From positions 39,899 to 103,898 of the forward strand of contig CAVUBA010000007.1 of NCBI GenBank assembly GCA_963739595.1: a DNA stretch of 64,000 nucleotides, given 5' to 3'. The stretch's first letter is position 1; each line of letters starts with the position of its first letter. Shown in pieces: positions 10,975-21,234 of this stretch. A program made the position numbers and the translations under genes. Source of the DNA: an uncultured Thermoleophilia bacterium. Lineage in GTDB: Bacteria > Actinomycetota > Thermoleophilia > UBA2241. Below the pieces are notes generated by a model. It searched no databases and had not been told where the DNA came from. It saw nothing but the letters and a program-made list of their open reading frames with translations.

Positions 10975-11991
10975 TCATGACAGCAGCGCGCGGCCGATGG
11001 CCTCGAGCTCGGGATCCTTGGGCAGGCGGTCGATGCCGACCAGCGCCAGCACGACCGCCTTCTGCAGGTGCTTGCGGTTCTCGGCCATGTCCCAGACCAT
11101 CGAGGCGGGGCCGTCGATGATCGCGTCCGTGACCTCGTCGCCGCGCACCGCCGGCAGGCAGTGCATGAAGCGGGCGCCGGGCTTGGTCTTGGCCCACAGC
11201 GCCTCGTTCACCTGATACGGCTGCATCTTGCGGCGGACGTCGGCGACGTACTCCGCCGAGTCCTCCCACCACCAGAGCGAGGTGTAGACGTAGTCGGCGT
11301 CGGCGACGACCTCCTCGGGCGACTCGGCGATCAGGAGTCGCGTCCCGTGCTCGCCGCAGTTGTCCTCGACCAGCCGGCGCACCTCGTCCGAGAGCGGGAA
11401 GTGCGCCGGCGTGACCACGTTCACGTTCATCCCGAGGCGCGAGGCCGTGAGCAGCACGGAGTTGCACATGCAGTCGCCGTGACCGAGCCACGCCATGGTC
11501 TCGCCCTCGAGCCGGCCGCCGTACTCGAGGATCGTGAGGGCGTCGCTGAGCGACTGGATCGGGTGGTCCCAGTCGCCGGCCTCGCCGTTGATGACCGGGA
11601 CGGTCGCGGCGTCCGCCAGCTCGCGCAGCACGGCGACCGTCTGCGTGCGCGCCATGATCGCGTGCAGGAAGCGACTGAGCACGCGCCCGGTGTCGGCTAC
11701 GCTCTCGCGGCCGGGCAGGTGCATCTCGCCCGGCCGCAGATAGACCGCGTGGCCGCCCAGCTCAGTCATGCCGGTCTCGAAGCTCACCCGGGTCCGCGTC
11801 GAGGGGTCGTCGAAGATCATGCCGAGGTGCCGCCCGGGCAGGAACGGCGTCACGTGCATCTCGCGGTGCAGGTCCTTGAGCGCCAGCGCGAGCTGGATCG
11901 AGCTCGAGCAGCTCCTCGCGCGAGTAGGCCTGGTCGGTCACGAAGTCGCGCCCGCGGAACTTGGCCGAGCGGCGGCAAGCTCACGGCTCAT
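10975..11991 (-). CDS. Ornithine/putrescine carbamoyltransferase family protein; N-terminal frameshifts
   Basis: STRTRVSFE carbamoyl-phosphate motif, HPIQ and HCLP motifs. N-terminus (MSRE..FRGRDFVTDQAYSREEL) recovered across indels. Divergent from agmatine deiminase, which favours putrescine carbamoyltransferase. Confidence 0.85.
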
Positions 11992-12089
11992 GCAGCTCCT
12001 GCGCTACGATTCATCGTCTCTCAGGACCTCCCCCTAGCGGAGGCGCGTTCCGGTAGCATCCGGACAGCCGCGGACCAGACAGGAGGGGC

Positions 12090-12335
12090 TCATGATCGCA
12101 CGTTCGGTAGCGGAGACCTGGAGCGCGCGCCGTCCTCCTCGACGAGCCCCTGCTTGCTCCCGAAGTAGTAGGCGACGAGGGCCCGGTACTCGCCGGATTC
12201 CTCTTCGACCGCCTGCAGCGTGAGCTTCGAGTAGCCCCTCTCCGAGAGGATCCGCTTGGCCGCCGCGAGGATGCGCATGGCGGTCGCCGACTCGGTGATG
12301 TCCCTGCCTTGCGCCGGCTTTGCCCGCACCGCCAT
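12090..12335 (-). pseudogene. TetR-family regulator, HTH domain only (truncated)
   Basis: RILAAAKRILSERGYSKLTLQAVEEESG..ALVAYYFGSKQGL after a GAGGAGG RBS. There is no room for a ligand-binding domain before the next gene. Confidence 0.7.
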
Positions 12336-12466
12336 CTCAAGCCTCCTCGTAGACGACGACAGGTCTTGCGTCCGTGGTTTGTTTGGTCGTACAGTAAACT
12401 CACAGTCCGCCAAATGCAAGGGCCGTCCGATGTCTTCGGCCGTGGCCCGTCCGCAAAGGAGCAGCG

Positions 12467-13540
12467 ATGCCGTCAGCCACCGAGCCCTCACTGGTCGAGG
12501 GGGAGCAAGAGTCGACTCCCGCAGCCGGGCTTCCACATGCCCGCCGAGTGGGAGCCCCATGAGCGCTGCATCATGGGCTGGCCCACGCGAGATCCGCATC
12601 GGCTCCGTCTGGAACGAGCACTACCTGCTGGCCATGGCGAGCTACGCGGCCGTCGCCCACGCGATCGCGCGCTTCGAACCCGTCCTCATGCTCGCCCGCC
12701 CGGGCGAGGGCGCCGTCGCGCGCAGCTACCTGGGTCGCGACGTCGAGGTCGTGGAGATGCCGATCGACGACTCGTGGCTGCGCGACAGCGGGCCGATCTT
12801 CGTCACCCACCCGGACGGCACGCTTGCGATGAGCGACTTCGTCTTCAACTCCTGGGGCGAGAAGTACCTGCCCTACGACAACGACGCCGCCATCGGCAGC
12901 CGCCTGGCCGAGCACTTCGGCGTGGAGCGGTTCGCCGCCCCGATGGTCCTCGAGGGGGGCGGCATCACCGTCGACGGCGAGGGCACGCTGATCACCACGG
13001 AGAGCTGCCTGCTGCATCCGTCCCGCAATCCCGGACTCACCAAGGACGAGATGACCCAGGTGCTCAAGGACTACCTCGGCGTCGAGAAGGTCATCTGGCT
13101 CATCTCCGGCCTGGGGCTCGACGAGGACCCCGACACCGACGGGCACGTGGACGGCGTCGGGGCGTTCGTCGGGCCGGGCAGGGTGCTGCTGCACATGGTG
13201 CGCGACCCGCAGCACCCCGACTACGACAACCTGCATGGAGAACCGCCGGCGCCTGGAGACCACCGACGCGCGCGGCCGCGAGCTCGAGGTGCTCGAGTTC
13301 GACGCGCGGAGCCGGCCGGTCCTCATCGGCGACACGCCGATCGTGGAGACCTACATCAACTCCTACTTCGCCAACGGCGCGCTCATCGTGCCCACCGGCG
13401 GCACCGCCGACGACGAAGCCGCGCTCGAGCAGCTGCAGGAGATCGTGCCCGGGCACGAGGTCGTCGGCGTCCCGTGCCCGGTCATCGGCTACGGCGGCGG
13501 CGGCATCCACTGCATCACGCAGCAGGTGCCGCTGACCTAG
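12467..13540 (+). CDS. aguA: Agmatine deiminase family protein; several frameshifts
   Basis: HMPAEWEPHE, DDSWLRDSGP, FNSWGEKY, LEGGGITVDGEGT, DTDGHVD, YINSY, GGGGIHCITQQ (catalytic Cys) across ORFs 12309, 12256 and 13235. Confidence 0.9.
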
Positions 13541-13571
13541 CGGCCACCCCGGGACCGGGAGCCAGGCGCCG

Positions 13572-14159
13572 TCAGATCCAGAAGCCTGGCGGCTCCGCGA
13601 GGTCCGGATGCTCACGCTCGAACGCGAGCGCGTCGTCGAGCGTGCGCACCCAGTCGTAGTAGACGCCCTTGCAGTGGACGAGGTCGACGCCGAGGTCACG
13701 CAGGCGGGCGAGGCCGCAGGCCTGCGCGCCCGCCGGCGAGTAGACGGCGTCGACGGCCACGACGACGCGGTAGCCGGCCTCCATGAGACCGACGGCCGAG
13801 TGCGTCACGCACACGTCGGTCTCGAACCCGCAGAGGACGGCCGTCCGGCGGCCGGTCGCCTCGATCGCCGCCATGATCTCCGGGCAGGCGGCGAGGTCGA
13901 AGACCGGCTTCTTGAACACCGGCGCGCGCCGGCCGACGGCCAGCAGCACCCCCACGGCCGTCGGCCCGTTCCGCTCCGGGCTCTCCTCGGTGAGCACGGC
14001 GGGCACGTCCAGGGCCATCGCCGTGCCGGCCAGCCAGGCGGCGCGCGCGGCCGCCCTGCTCACTTCTTCCGCGTCGCTCTTGTCGAGCCTGTCGCTCCAG
14101 AACTTGGGCTGCAGATCGATGACGATGAGGATGGAGTCGTCGCGTTCGAGCAGCGGCAT
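13572..14159 (-). CDS. Isochorismatase/cysteine hydrolase family protein
   Basis: LIVIDLQ (Asp), FKKPVF (Lys), GFETDVCV (Cys) catalytic triad pattern. Confidence 0.85.
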   Translation of the reverse strand: MPLLERDDSILIVIDLQPKFWSDRLDKSDAEEVSRAAARAAWLAGTAMALDVPAVLTEESPERNGPTAVGVLLAVGRRAPVFKKPVFDLAACPEIMAAIEATGRRTAVLCGFETDVCVTHSAVGLMEAGYRVVVAVDAVYSPAGAQACGLARLRDLGVDLVHCKGVYYDWVRTLDDALAFEREHPDLAEPPGFWI

Positions 14160-14470
14160 GGTCGCCTCCACGGCGTTGACGGATCCAGGTGCGCCCGGCC
14201 ATTCCGGACCGCATCTCACGGCACGATACCATGGTCAACTTGCACGAACTTCGCACGCCGACGCGCACCGCGCGTGACGGATTGCTCGGCGAAGTTGCGC
14301 GCGCCCGGCCGCGACGCTTTACTCGCGCGCGCCCCGCCCATACGCTCGGGCTCTGCGAGCGGCGGGGCGCTCCTGCGACCACGCCCGTGGGGCCGGGCGA
14401 CCTGACACCGTTCCGCCCCACCCGTCGTCTCGCCGGCCGACACACATCGCCAGCCAGCGGAGGTGCTCCA

Positions 14471-15939
14471 GTGAAGCGAAACCTGCACGCCGGGCGGCCC
14501 AGCTCGGGCGGGCTCAGCCTGAACGTGTTCACGGAGGCCGAGCTCAACGACATCCATCTCGGCTCGCTCGAGGTCCTCGAGCGGACCGGGATGTGGGTCG
14601 AGGCCGACGATGCGCTGGACATCTTCAGCGACGGCGGCTGCGTCGTGGACCGCGAGACGCGCATGGTGCGCATCCCGCCGTACCTGGTCGAGGATGCGAT
14701 CCGCTCGGCGCCGCCCAAGAGCTTCCTCTGCGGCCGCGACCCGGAGCAGGACATCGTCCTCGAGTCCGGCCGCGTCTACGTCTCCAACTTCGACGAGGGC
14801 ATCATGATCGTCGATCCGCGCACCGGCGAGTACCGGCACCCCGTGCTGCAGGACGTGCACGAGGCGGCGCGCCTGGTCGACGCCCTCAGCGACATCGACA
14901 CCTACGAGTCGGCGGTGCACCCGGGCGACGTCCCGGAGGCGACCGCCAGTCTCCACAAGTGGGAAGCGGCCATCCACAACACCGGCAAGCCCGTCGGCAC
15001 CGAGGCCACCAGCGCCTACGACTGCCGGAAGCTCATCGAGATGGCCACGGTCGTCGCGGGCGGCGAGGACGAGTTCCGCCGCCGCCCGCTCATCGGCTTC
15101 GGGGTCTGCCCGGTGAGCCCGCTCAAGCTGCCGCGCGACGCCACCGAGGTCATCATCGAGTCGGCGCGCGCCTGGTGTCCCGACACGATCCTCAGCATGG
15201 CCATGTCCGGCGGATCGTCGCCGGTGACGCTCGCCGGCACGCTGGTGCTGCACAACGCCGAGGTGCTCTCCGGCATCGTGCTCGCCCAGCTGGTCGAGCG
15301 CGGCTGCCCGGTCACCTACGGCTCGTCGACGACGGCGATGGACCTGAAGCTGGCGGCGGCGTGCGTGGGCTCGCCGGAGCTCGCCCTCTTCTCCGCCGCC
15401 TGCGCCCAGATCGCCCGCCACTACCTGCTGCCGAGCTTCGTGGCGGGGTTGTAGGCAGACTCCAAGCTCGGTGACGCGCAGACCGGTCACGAGAAGACCC
15501 TCACCGGACTCCTTCCTGCGTTGGCAGGCGCCAACCAGATCTACGGGGCGGGGATGATCGAATCGGGCGTCACCTTCGACCTTGGCCAGCTGGTCATGGA
15601 CAACGAGATCGCGCGCATGATCAAGTTCGCCGTCGGCGGCATCGCCGTCACCGACGAGACGATGGCGTCGACGACATCGCCAAGGTCGGCGCGTTCGGCG
15701 ACTTCCTCTCGCTGGACGCCACGCTCAAGCACATGCGCGAGCTGAGCCAGCCGGAGGTCCTCGACCGCCGCGTGCGCGAGGACTGGGAGAGCAGGGGCGC
15801 GACCGACCTCGCCACGCGGACGCGCGCCCGGGCGCTGGAGCTAGTAGAGTCCCACCAGCCCCTGCCCATCGACCCGGACGTGGCCGAGCAGGTGCGCCGC
15901 ATCATCGAAGCTGCCGACCGTGAGAAGGGCGTGGCATGA
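14471..15939 (+). CDS. mttB: Pyrrolysine-containing trimethylamine:corrinoid methyltransferase (in-frame TAG 15452-15454; indel near 15668)
   Basis: GTG start after [96 protein letters not shown]. Conserved MttB sequence continues in frame past the TAG to the TGA that overlaps the corrinoid gene start. Confidence 0.93.
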
Positions 15940-16580
15940 ACGAACCGCTCAAGCAAGCCATCATCGACGGCAACGCCGACACGGCGCTGGCCCTGACGCA
16001 GGCCCTGCTGGCCAGCGGCGCCTCCGCCCGCGAGATCCTCGACGAGGCCCTGCTCCCCGGCATGGAGGTGGTCGGCGTGCGCATGCGCGAGGGCGACTGC
16101 TTCATCCCCGAGGTGCTGCTCAGCGCGCGTCATGCAGAGCTGCCTCGACCTGCTGCGCCGCACATGGCCGCCGGCGACGAGGCCGGCGGCGGCACCGTCG
16201 TCATCGGCACCGTCGAGGGCGACCTGCACGACATCGGCAAGAACCTGGTCGGCATGCTGCTCCAGGGCGCCGGCTTCAGCGTGGTCAACCTCGGCACCGG
16301 GGTCTCGGCCGCCGACTTCGTCGCCGCGGTCAGGGAGCACGCGCCGGCGATCATCGGCATGAGCGCCCTGCTCACGACCACCCTGCCGCACATGAGCGAG
16401 ACCATCGCCGCGCTCAAGGACGCGGGCCTGCGCGACTCGGTCAAGGTGATGGTCGGCGGCGCCCCGGTCACGGCCGCCTACGCCGACGAGATCGGCGCCG
16501 ACGGCTACGGCGCCAACGCCGGCATGGCGGTGGAGCGGGCGAAGGAGCTGACGGAACTAGTCTGGGCCTGCGGGTCCTGA
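15936..16580 (+). CDS. mttC: Methyltransferase cognate corrinoid protein (MttC/MtbC family)
   Basis: GTVEGDLHDIGKNLV (DxHxxG cobalamin motif), SALLTTT, VMVGGAPVT, GADGY. ATGA overlap with mttB; short compensating frameshift near 16130-16160. Confidence 0.92.
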   Translation: MNEPLKQAIIDGNADTALALTQALLASGASAREILDEALLPGMEVVGVRMREGDCFIPEVLLSARHAELPRPAAPHMAAGDEAGGGTVVIGTVEGDLHDIGKNLVGMLLQGAGFSVVNLGTGVSAADFVAAVREHAPAIIGMSALLTTTLPHMSETIAALKDAGLRDSVKVMVGGAPVTAAYADEIGADGYGANAGMAVERAKELTELVWACGS

Positions 16581-16594
16581 AGGGGGAGGGCCTC

Positions 16595-17956
16595 ATGACC
16601 GCGACCATCGACCGCGAGCGGCTCGCGGCGCTCAAGGCGCGCGAGGACGACGACTTCGTCGCGCGCCATCCCCGCTCCCGCGCGCTCTTCGAGCGGGCGC
16701 AGGCGCACCTGCTCGACGGCGTCCCCATGAACTGGATGACGCGCTGGTCGAGCCCGTTCCCGCCCTACGTCGCCGAAGCGCACGGCGCCCGGTTCACCTG
16801 CGTCGACGGGCACGAGTACGTCGACTTCTGCCTGGGTGACACCGGCGCGATGACCGGCCACTCTCCCGAGGGGCCGGCCTCCGCCATCGCCGCCCAGGCC
16901 GCCCGGGGCATCACCACGATGCTGCCGACCGAAGACTCGCTCTGGGTGGCCGACGAGCTCTCCCGCCGCTTCGGCCTGCAGTACTGGCAGCTGGCGCTCA
17001 CGGCGACCGACGCCAACCGCTTCGCCATCCGGCTGGCCCGCCACGTCACCCGCCGGCCCAAGATCCTCGTCTACAACTACTGCTACCACGGCTCGGTGGA
17101 CGAGACGATCATCACCATCAACGACGGCGTGCCGGGCCCCAAGCCGGGCAACGCCGGCCCGCCGGTCGACCCCACCGTCACGACCAAGGTGATCGAGTGG
17201 AACGACCTCGAGGCGCTGGAGCGGGCGCTCGAGCCCGGCGACGTGGCCTGCGTCCTCGCCGAGCCCGCCCTCACCAACATCGGCATCATCCTGCCGGACG
17301 ACGGCTACCACGACGCGCTCCGCCGCCTGACGCGCGAGACCGGCACGCTGCTCATCATCGACGAGACGCACACGATCTGCGCGGGTGTGGGGGGCTGCAC
17401 CCGCGCCTGGGGACTCGAGCCCGACATGGTGACCCTCGGCAAGCCGATCGGCAGCGGAGTGCCCGCGGCCGTGTACGGCTTCGGCCAGGCGCTCGCCGAC
17501 CGCATCCACCGCGACTGGGACTACCACGCCGCGGACGAGTGCGGCATCGGCGGCACCCTGGCGGGCAACGCTCTCAGCGTCGCGGCAGTCCGAGCGACGC
17601 TGGGCGAAGTCCTCACGGACGAGGCCTACGAGCGGATGATCCCGCTCGCCGGCCGCTGGGCCGACGGCGTGCAGGGCGTCATCGACGAGTTCGCCCTGCC
17701 GTGGGTGGTCAAGCGCCTCGGCTGCCGGGCGGAGTACTGGCCGCGGCCCGTGCCGCCGCACAACGGCGGCGAGGCGGCCGCGGCCGAGGACGAGCAGCTC
17801 GACCGCTTCCTGCACCTCTTCATGCTGAACCGCGGCATCCTGATGACGCCGTTCCACAACATGGCGCTCATGGCGCCGCAGACGACCGCGGCGGACGTCG
17901 ACCGGCACACCGCGGTGCTGCGCGAGGCTGCGCAGGCGCTCGTCACACAGGCCTAG
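16595..17956 (+). CDS. Class III PLP aminotransferase (glutamate-1-semialdehyde aminomutase-like)
   Basis: DVDG-like CVDGHEYVDFCLGDTG, YHGSVDE, EPALTN, IIDETHT, TLGKPIGSG (PLP Lys), GGTLAGN. GGAGG RBS. Confidence 0.88.
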   Translation: MTATIDRERLAALKAREDDDFVARHPRSRALFERAQAHLLDGVPMNWMTRWSSPFPPYVAEAHGARFTCVDGHEYVDFCLGDTGAMTGHSPEGPASAIAAQAARGITTMLPTEDSLWVADELSRRFGLQYWQLALTATDANRFAIRLARHVTRRPKILVYNYCYHGSVDETIITINDGVPGPKPGNAGPPVDPTVTTKVIEWNDLEALERALEPGDVACVLAEPALTNIGIILPDDGYHDALRRLTRETGTLLIIDETHTICAGVGGCTRAWGLEPDMVTLGKPIGSGVPAAVYGFGQALADRIHRDWDYHAADECGIGGTLAGNALSVAAVRATLGEVLTDEAYERMIPLAGRWADGVQGVIDEFALPWVVKRLGCRAEYWPRPVPPHNGGEAAAAEDEQLDRFLHLFMLNRGILMTPFHNMALMAPQTTAADVDRHTAVLREAAQALVTQA

Positions 17957-18522
17957 TCGGCGCGCAGCGGCTGCCAGCCGCTCGGGTCCGCCCCCGAGTC
18001 GGTGTGGGAGCGAGCGCGGCCCTCGAGCCCGGCGCCGGGCCCCGCCCGCGAGACGTCGACGGCGATCGTCCCATGCAGCGAGCCGTTGAAATGGTAGGGC
18101 GGCAGGGCGTAGTTGCGGCCGGTCGCGTCGTCGACGAGGTCGAGCCTGCTCTCGCGGAACTTGTCGTCGGCCGTGAGCTGGACCGTCACCGTCGCGCCGG
18201 CGGCCACCCTGGGAACGACGGCGTGCCCCGCCCCGTCGACCTGGTCGAGGCTCAGGCTGTCGAGCGGCGTCGATCCGCCGTTGTGGATGGTCACCGTCAC
18301 CTGCAATGGCGGCGTGAAGCAGCCCTGAGCGCGGAGCACGAGGTAGGTCGCGAGCGCCGCCACAACGATCAGGACGGCGACGAGGACCCAGAGGCGCCGC
18401 CTCCGGCGGCGCCGGCTCAGCCTTTCGGTCACCGGTGCGCTCCCGTCCTCATGCGCCGTCGCTCGACTCGAAGCGGATGCGCCAGCTCGCCATCGACGCT
18501 CGATCTCGGCTCGCACGCTCAC
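17953..18522 (-). CDS. Hypothetical membrane-anchored protein
   Basis: Arg-rich stretch, one transmembrane helix, then a beta-rich domain. Overlaps the stop of the upstream mttB-like gene. Confidence 0.55.
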   Translation of the reverse strand: MSVRAEIERRWRAGASASSRATAHEDGSAPVTERLSRRRRRRRLWVLVAVLIVVAALATYLVLRAQGCFTPPLQVTVTIHNGGSTPLDSLSLDQVDGAGHAVVPRVAAGATVTVQLTADDKFRESRLDLVDDATGRNYALPPYHFNGSLHGTIAVDVSRAGPGAGLEGRARSHTDSGADPSGWQPLRAD

Positions 18523-20005
18523 GGTCGCTCAGGCCCCGCGAGCTCGGCGTCGGCGGCCGCGACGAGCCGCCGGAGCTCGGCGCTGCACGTCTGCGGCAGC
18601 GGGTCGGGCGCGTGGGACGCGAGGATCTCTCGCGCCCGTTCCTCCGCGTTCTCCAGCGCACCGCTTCTTGCCGCGCCGCCAGCCAGGCGTCGTAGGACGT
18701 CCGGTCCCAGACACCCGGGCGCCAGATCTCGCCCATGTGCGCCCGCGTGTGCTTCTCGGCCAGGTACGTGCCGTTCGGCCCGACCTTGCGGATGACGTCG
18801 AGCGCCAGCGTCTCGTCGTTCACTTCGATGCCGCCGGCCGTCTTCTGCACGATGCCGTAGACCTCGGCCTCCATCAGCAGATGCGCGTAGCTCAGGGTCT
18901 TCGAGCCGTCGAGCAGGCCGCAGCCGCTCATCATCTCGGCGCCGGCCGAGACGCTGGCCAGCGTCGAGAGCGCGTCGTCCACGGCTGCCTGCCAGCCCGG
19001 CTCCTTGGCCCCGCTCGCCATGGTGCCCATGTTCATGGCGAAGCCGAAGTGGTGGGCGAGCTGCGTGGCGGCCGCGGCCAGGACGTAGTCCTCGGGGCTG
19101 CCGCCGGTGTAGCCGCCGGTCTTGAGGTCCATCACGGAGGGCGCGCCGGCCAGAAACACCGGCGCGCCCGGATGCGCCAGCTGCAGCAGGACGATCCCCG
19201 CGAGCACGGCCGCCATGTTGACCACGAGGTTGCCGGCCATGGTCGCCGGCGCGGACGCACAGGCGAGCGTGAGCGAGAGGAAGCCGACCGGAACGCCGGC
19301 CTCCGCGCAGACGAGCGCCGCCTCGAGGCTCACGGCCTCGTTGCTCAGCGGATCGATCGGGCAGGCGATGAGGCTCATGATGGGCCGGCGCCGGAGCTCG
19401 TCGGCCCCGCCGGCCACCACCCGCGCCATCTCGACCGCGCGTCGCGCCATCGCCTCGCCCACCACGTCGACCGCCTGGAAGTGCTTGCTCGTGTTCGCGA
19501 AGATCGCCTCGAGCTCGTGCAGCGGCCGGGTGGCCAGGGGTACGTCCTCCGCGGTCACCACGGGACCCCAGTAGAAGCTGACCTGCGGGACGGCGTCGAC
19601 GAAGCGGGCGGAGTCGGCGACGTCCGCCTTGGTGCTGGGGCGCAGCTCGCCGGTGTCCGGATCGAGAACGCGCACGCCGCACCCGTCGTTGCTGAGGTGG
19701 CAGGCAGCTCCGTCGAGGACGATGTCGCAGCGGGGGTCGCGGGCGGCGAGGAGCGGCGCCTTCGGCGCCGCCTGCAGCGCCGCCCGCACGACGGACTCGG
19801 GCAGGCGCGCGACCTGCGACGCGCGATCGACGCGGCAGCCGCCGCGTTCCAGCGCGTCGAGCGCGCGCTCCAGCGGGAAGCGCACGCCGACCTCGGCGAG
19901 CGTCTGGAGGATGCCCGCCTCCAGCCGCTCCAGGTCGGTCGCGCTCAGCACGTCCCAGCGCAGGCGCGGCCTGATCGGATCGATACGCAGGGCTGCGTCC
20001 GCCAT
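18519..20005 (-). CDS. MttB-superfamily corrinoid methyltransferase (non-Pyl); frameshift near 18670; paralogue of 5709-7176
   Basis: HLSNDGCG, FYWGPVVT, NTSKHFQ, APATMAGNLVV, DLKTGGYTGGSPED, GAKEPGWQA, VGPNGTYLAEKHT. The C-terminus is in ORF 18519..19682. Confidence 0.9.
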
Positions 20006-20225
20006 CGCTCCTCCTCGTCGCCGCGCCTGATGCTACCCGGCGGCCGCGGCCCGCGTCATCCGGCCTCCGCAGGAGATGCGCAGCCGGGCAGATCCGGGGT
20101 CCACGTCAACATCCAGCCCTGCAGCCTTCGCGAGCCCGGGCGACCTTCCCCGTACGCGAACGGGGCGGCGAGGCGCTCAGCGCCTCGCCGCCCCGGCTCT
20201 TGTCCATGGCCTTCCGGCCGGTCCC

Positions 20226-21233
20226 TTACAGGTTCTCGTCGCCCGGAGGCAGGGGCGTCTCGCCCTGGGGCCGCTCCGAGAGAGGGATCTCGGGTAGGGC
20301 CGTGTCCTGGAAGTTGCCCTCGTCGAGCGCCGCGCCGACCGCGCCCTGCGGCGGACCGTCGGCGGCGTCCGGGTCCGGCAGTTCCTGGTCGACCTCGACG
20401 ATGCCGAGCTCCTTGGCGTGCTCGGGCTCCTTCTCCGGCAGGATGTGCCGCAGGAAGCGCTTGGTGCGGTCGTCCTTGGGATGGAAGAAGACCTCGCTCG
20501 GCGGGCCCTGCTCGATGAAGTAGCCGTCGTCCATGTACACGACGCGGTCGGCCACGTCACGGCTGAAGCCCATCTCGTGGCTGACGACGATCATGGTCAT
20601 GCCGCCCTCGGCGAGCTCCTTCATGACCTTGAGCACCTCGCCGATGAGCTCGGGGTCGAGGGCGCTGGTCGGCTCGTCGAAGAGCATCAGCACCGGGTCC
20701 ATCGCCATGGCGCGGGCGATGGCGACGCGCTGCTTCTGGCCGCCGGAGAGCTGGCTGGGGAAGAAGTCCATGCGCTCGGCCAGGCCGACCTTGGTGAGCA
20801 GCTCGTGCGCCTTGCGGATGGCTTCTTCCTTCTTCACGCCCTTCACCAGGATCGGACCCTCGGTCACGTTCTCGGTCGCGTCCTTGTGCGGGAAGAGGTT
20901 GAACTCCTGGAAGACCATGCCGCACTTCATGCGGATCTCGTGCACGTCCTTCTTGAAGCCGCCGCCGTGGCTGCCGCAGGTGACGTGCACGTCCCCCACT
21001 CTGATCTCCCCGACGGTGGGATCCTCGAGGAAGTTCAAGCAGCGCAGGAACGTGCTCTTGCCTGAGCCGGACGGCCCGATGAGCACCAGCACCTCACCCT
21101 TGTAGACTTCGAGGTCGATGCCCTTGAGCACGTGGTTCTTGCCGAAGTACTTCTGCAGGCCCTCGACCTTGACGACGAGCTCGCGGCCCTTCTCGTCGGT
21201 GACCGTCTCGTGTGCGTACGTCTGTGTGCCCAT
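20226..21233 (-). CDS. Polar amino-acid ABC transporter ATP-binding protein (GlnQ-like)
   Basis: [38 protein letters not shown]; acidic C-terminal tail. Confidence 0.93.
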   Translation of the reverse strand: MGTQTYAHETVTDEKGRELVVKVEGLQKYFGKNHVLKGIDLEVYKGEVLVLIGPSGSGKSTFLRCLNFLEDPTVGEIRVGDVHVTCGSHGGGFKKDVHEIRMKCGMVFQEFNLFPHKDATENVTEGPILVKGVKKEEAIRKAHELLTKVGLAERMDFFPSQLSGGQKQRVAIARAMAMDPVLMLFDEPTSALDPELIGEVLKVMKELAEGGMTMIVVSHEMGFSRDVADRVVYMDDGYFIEQGPPSEVFFHPKDDRTKRFLRHILPEKEPEHAKELGIVEVDQELPDPDAADGPPQGAVGAALDEGNFQDTALPEIPLSERPQGETPLPPGDENL

Positions 21234-21234
21234 C

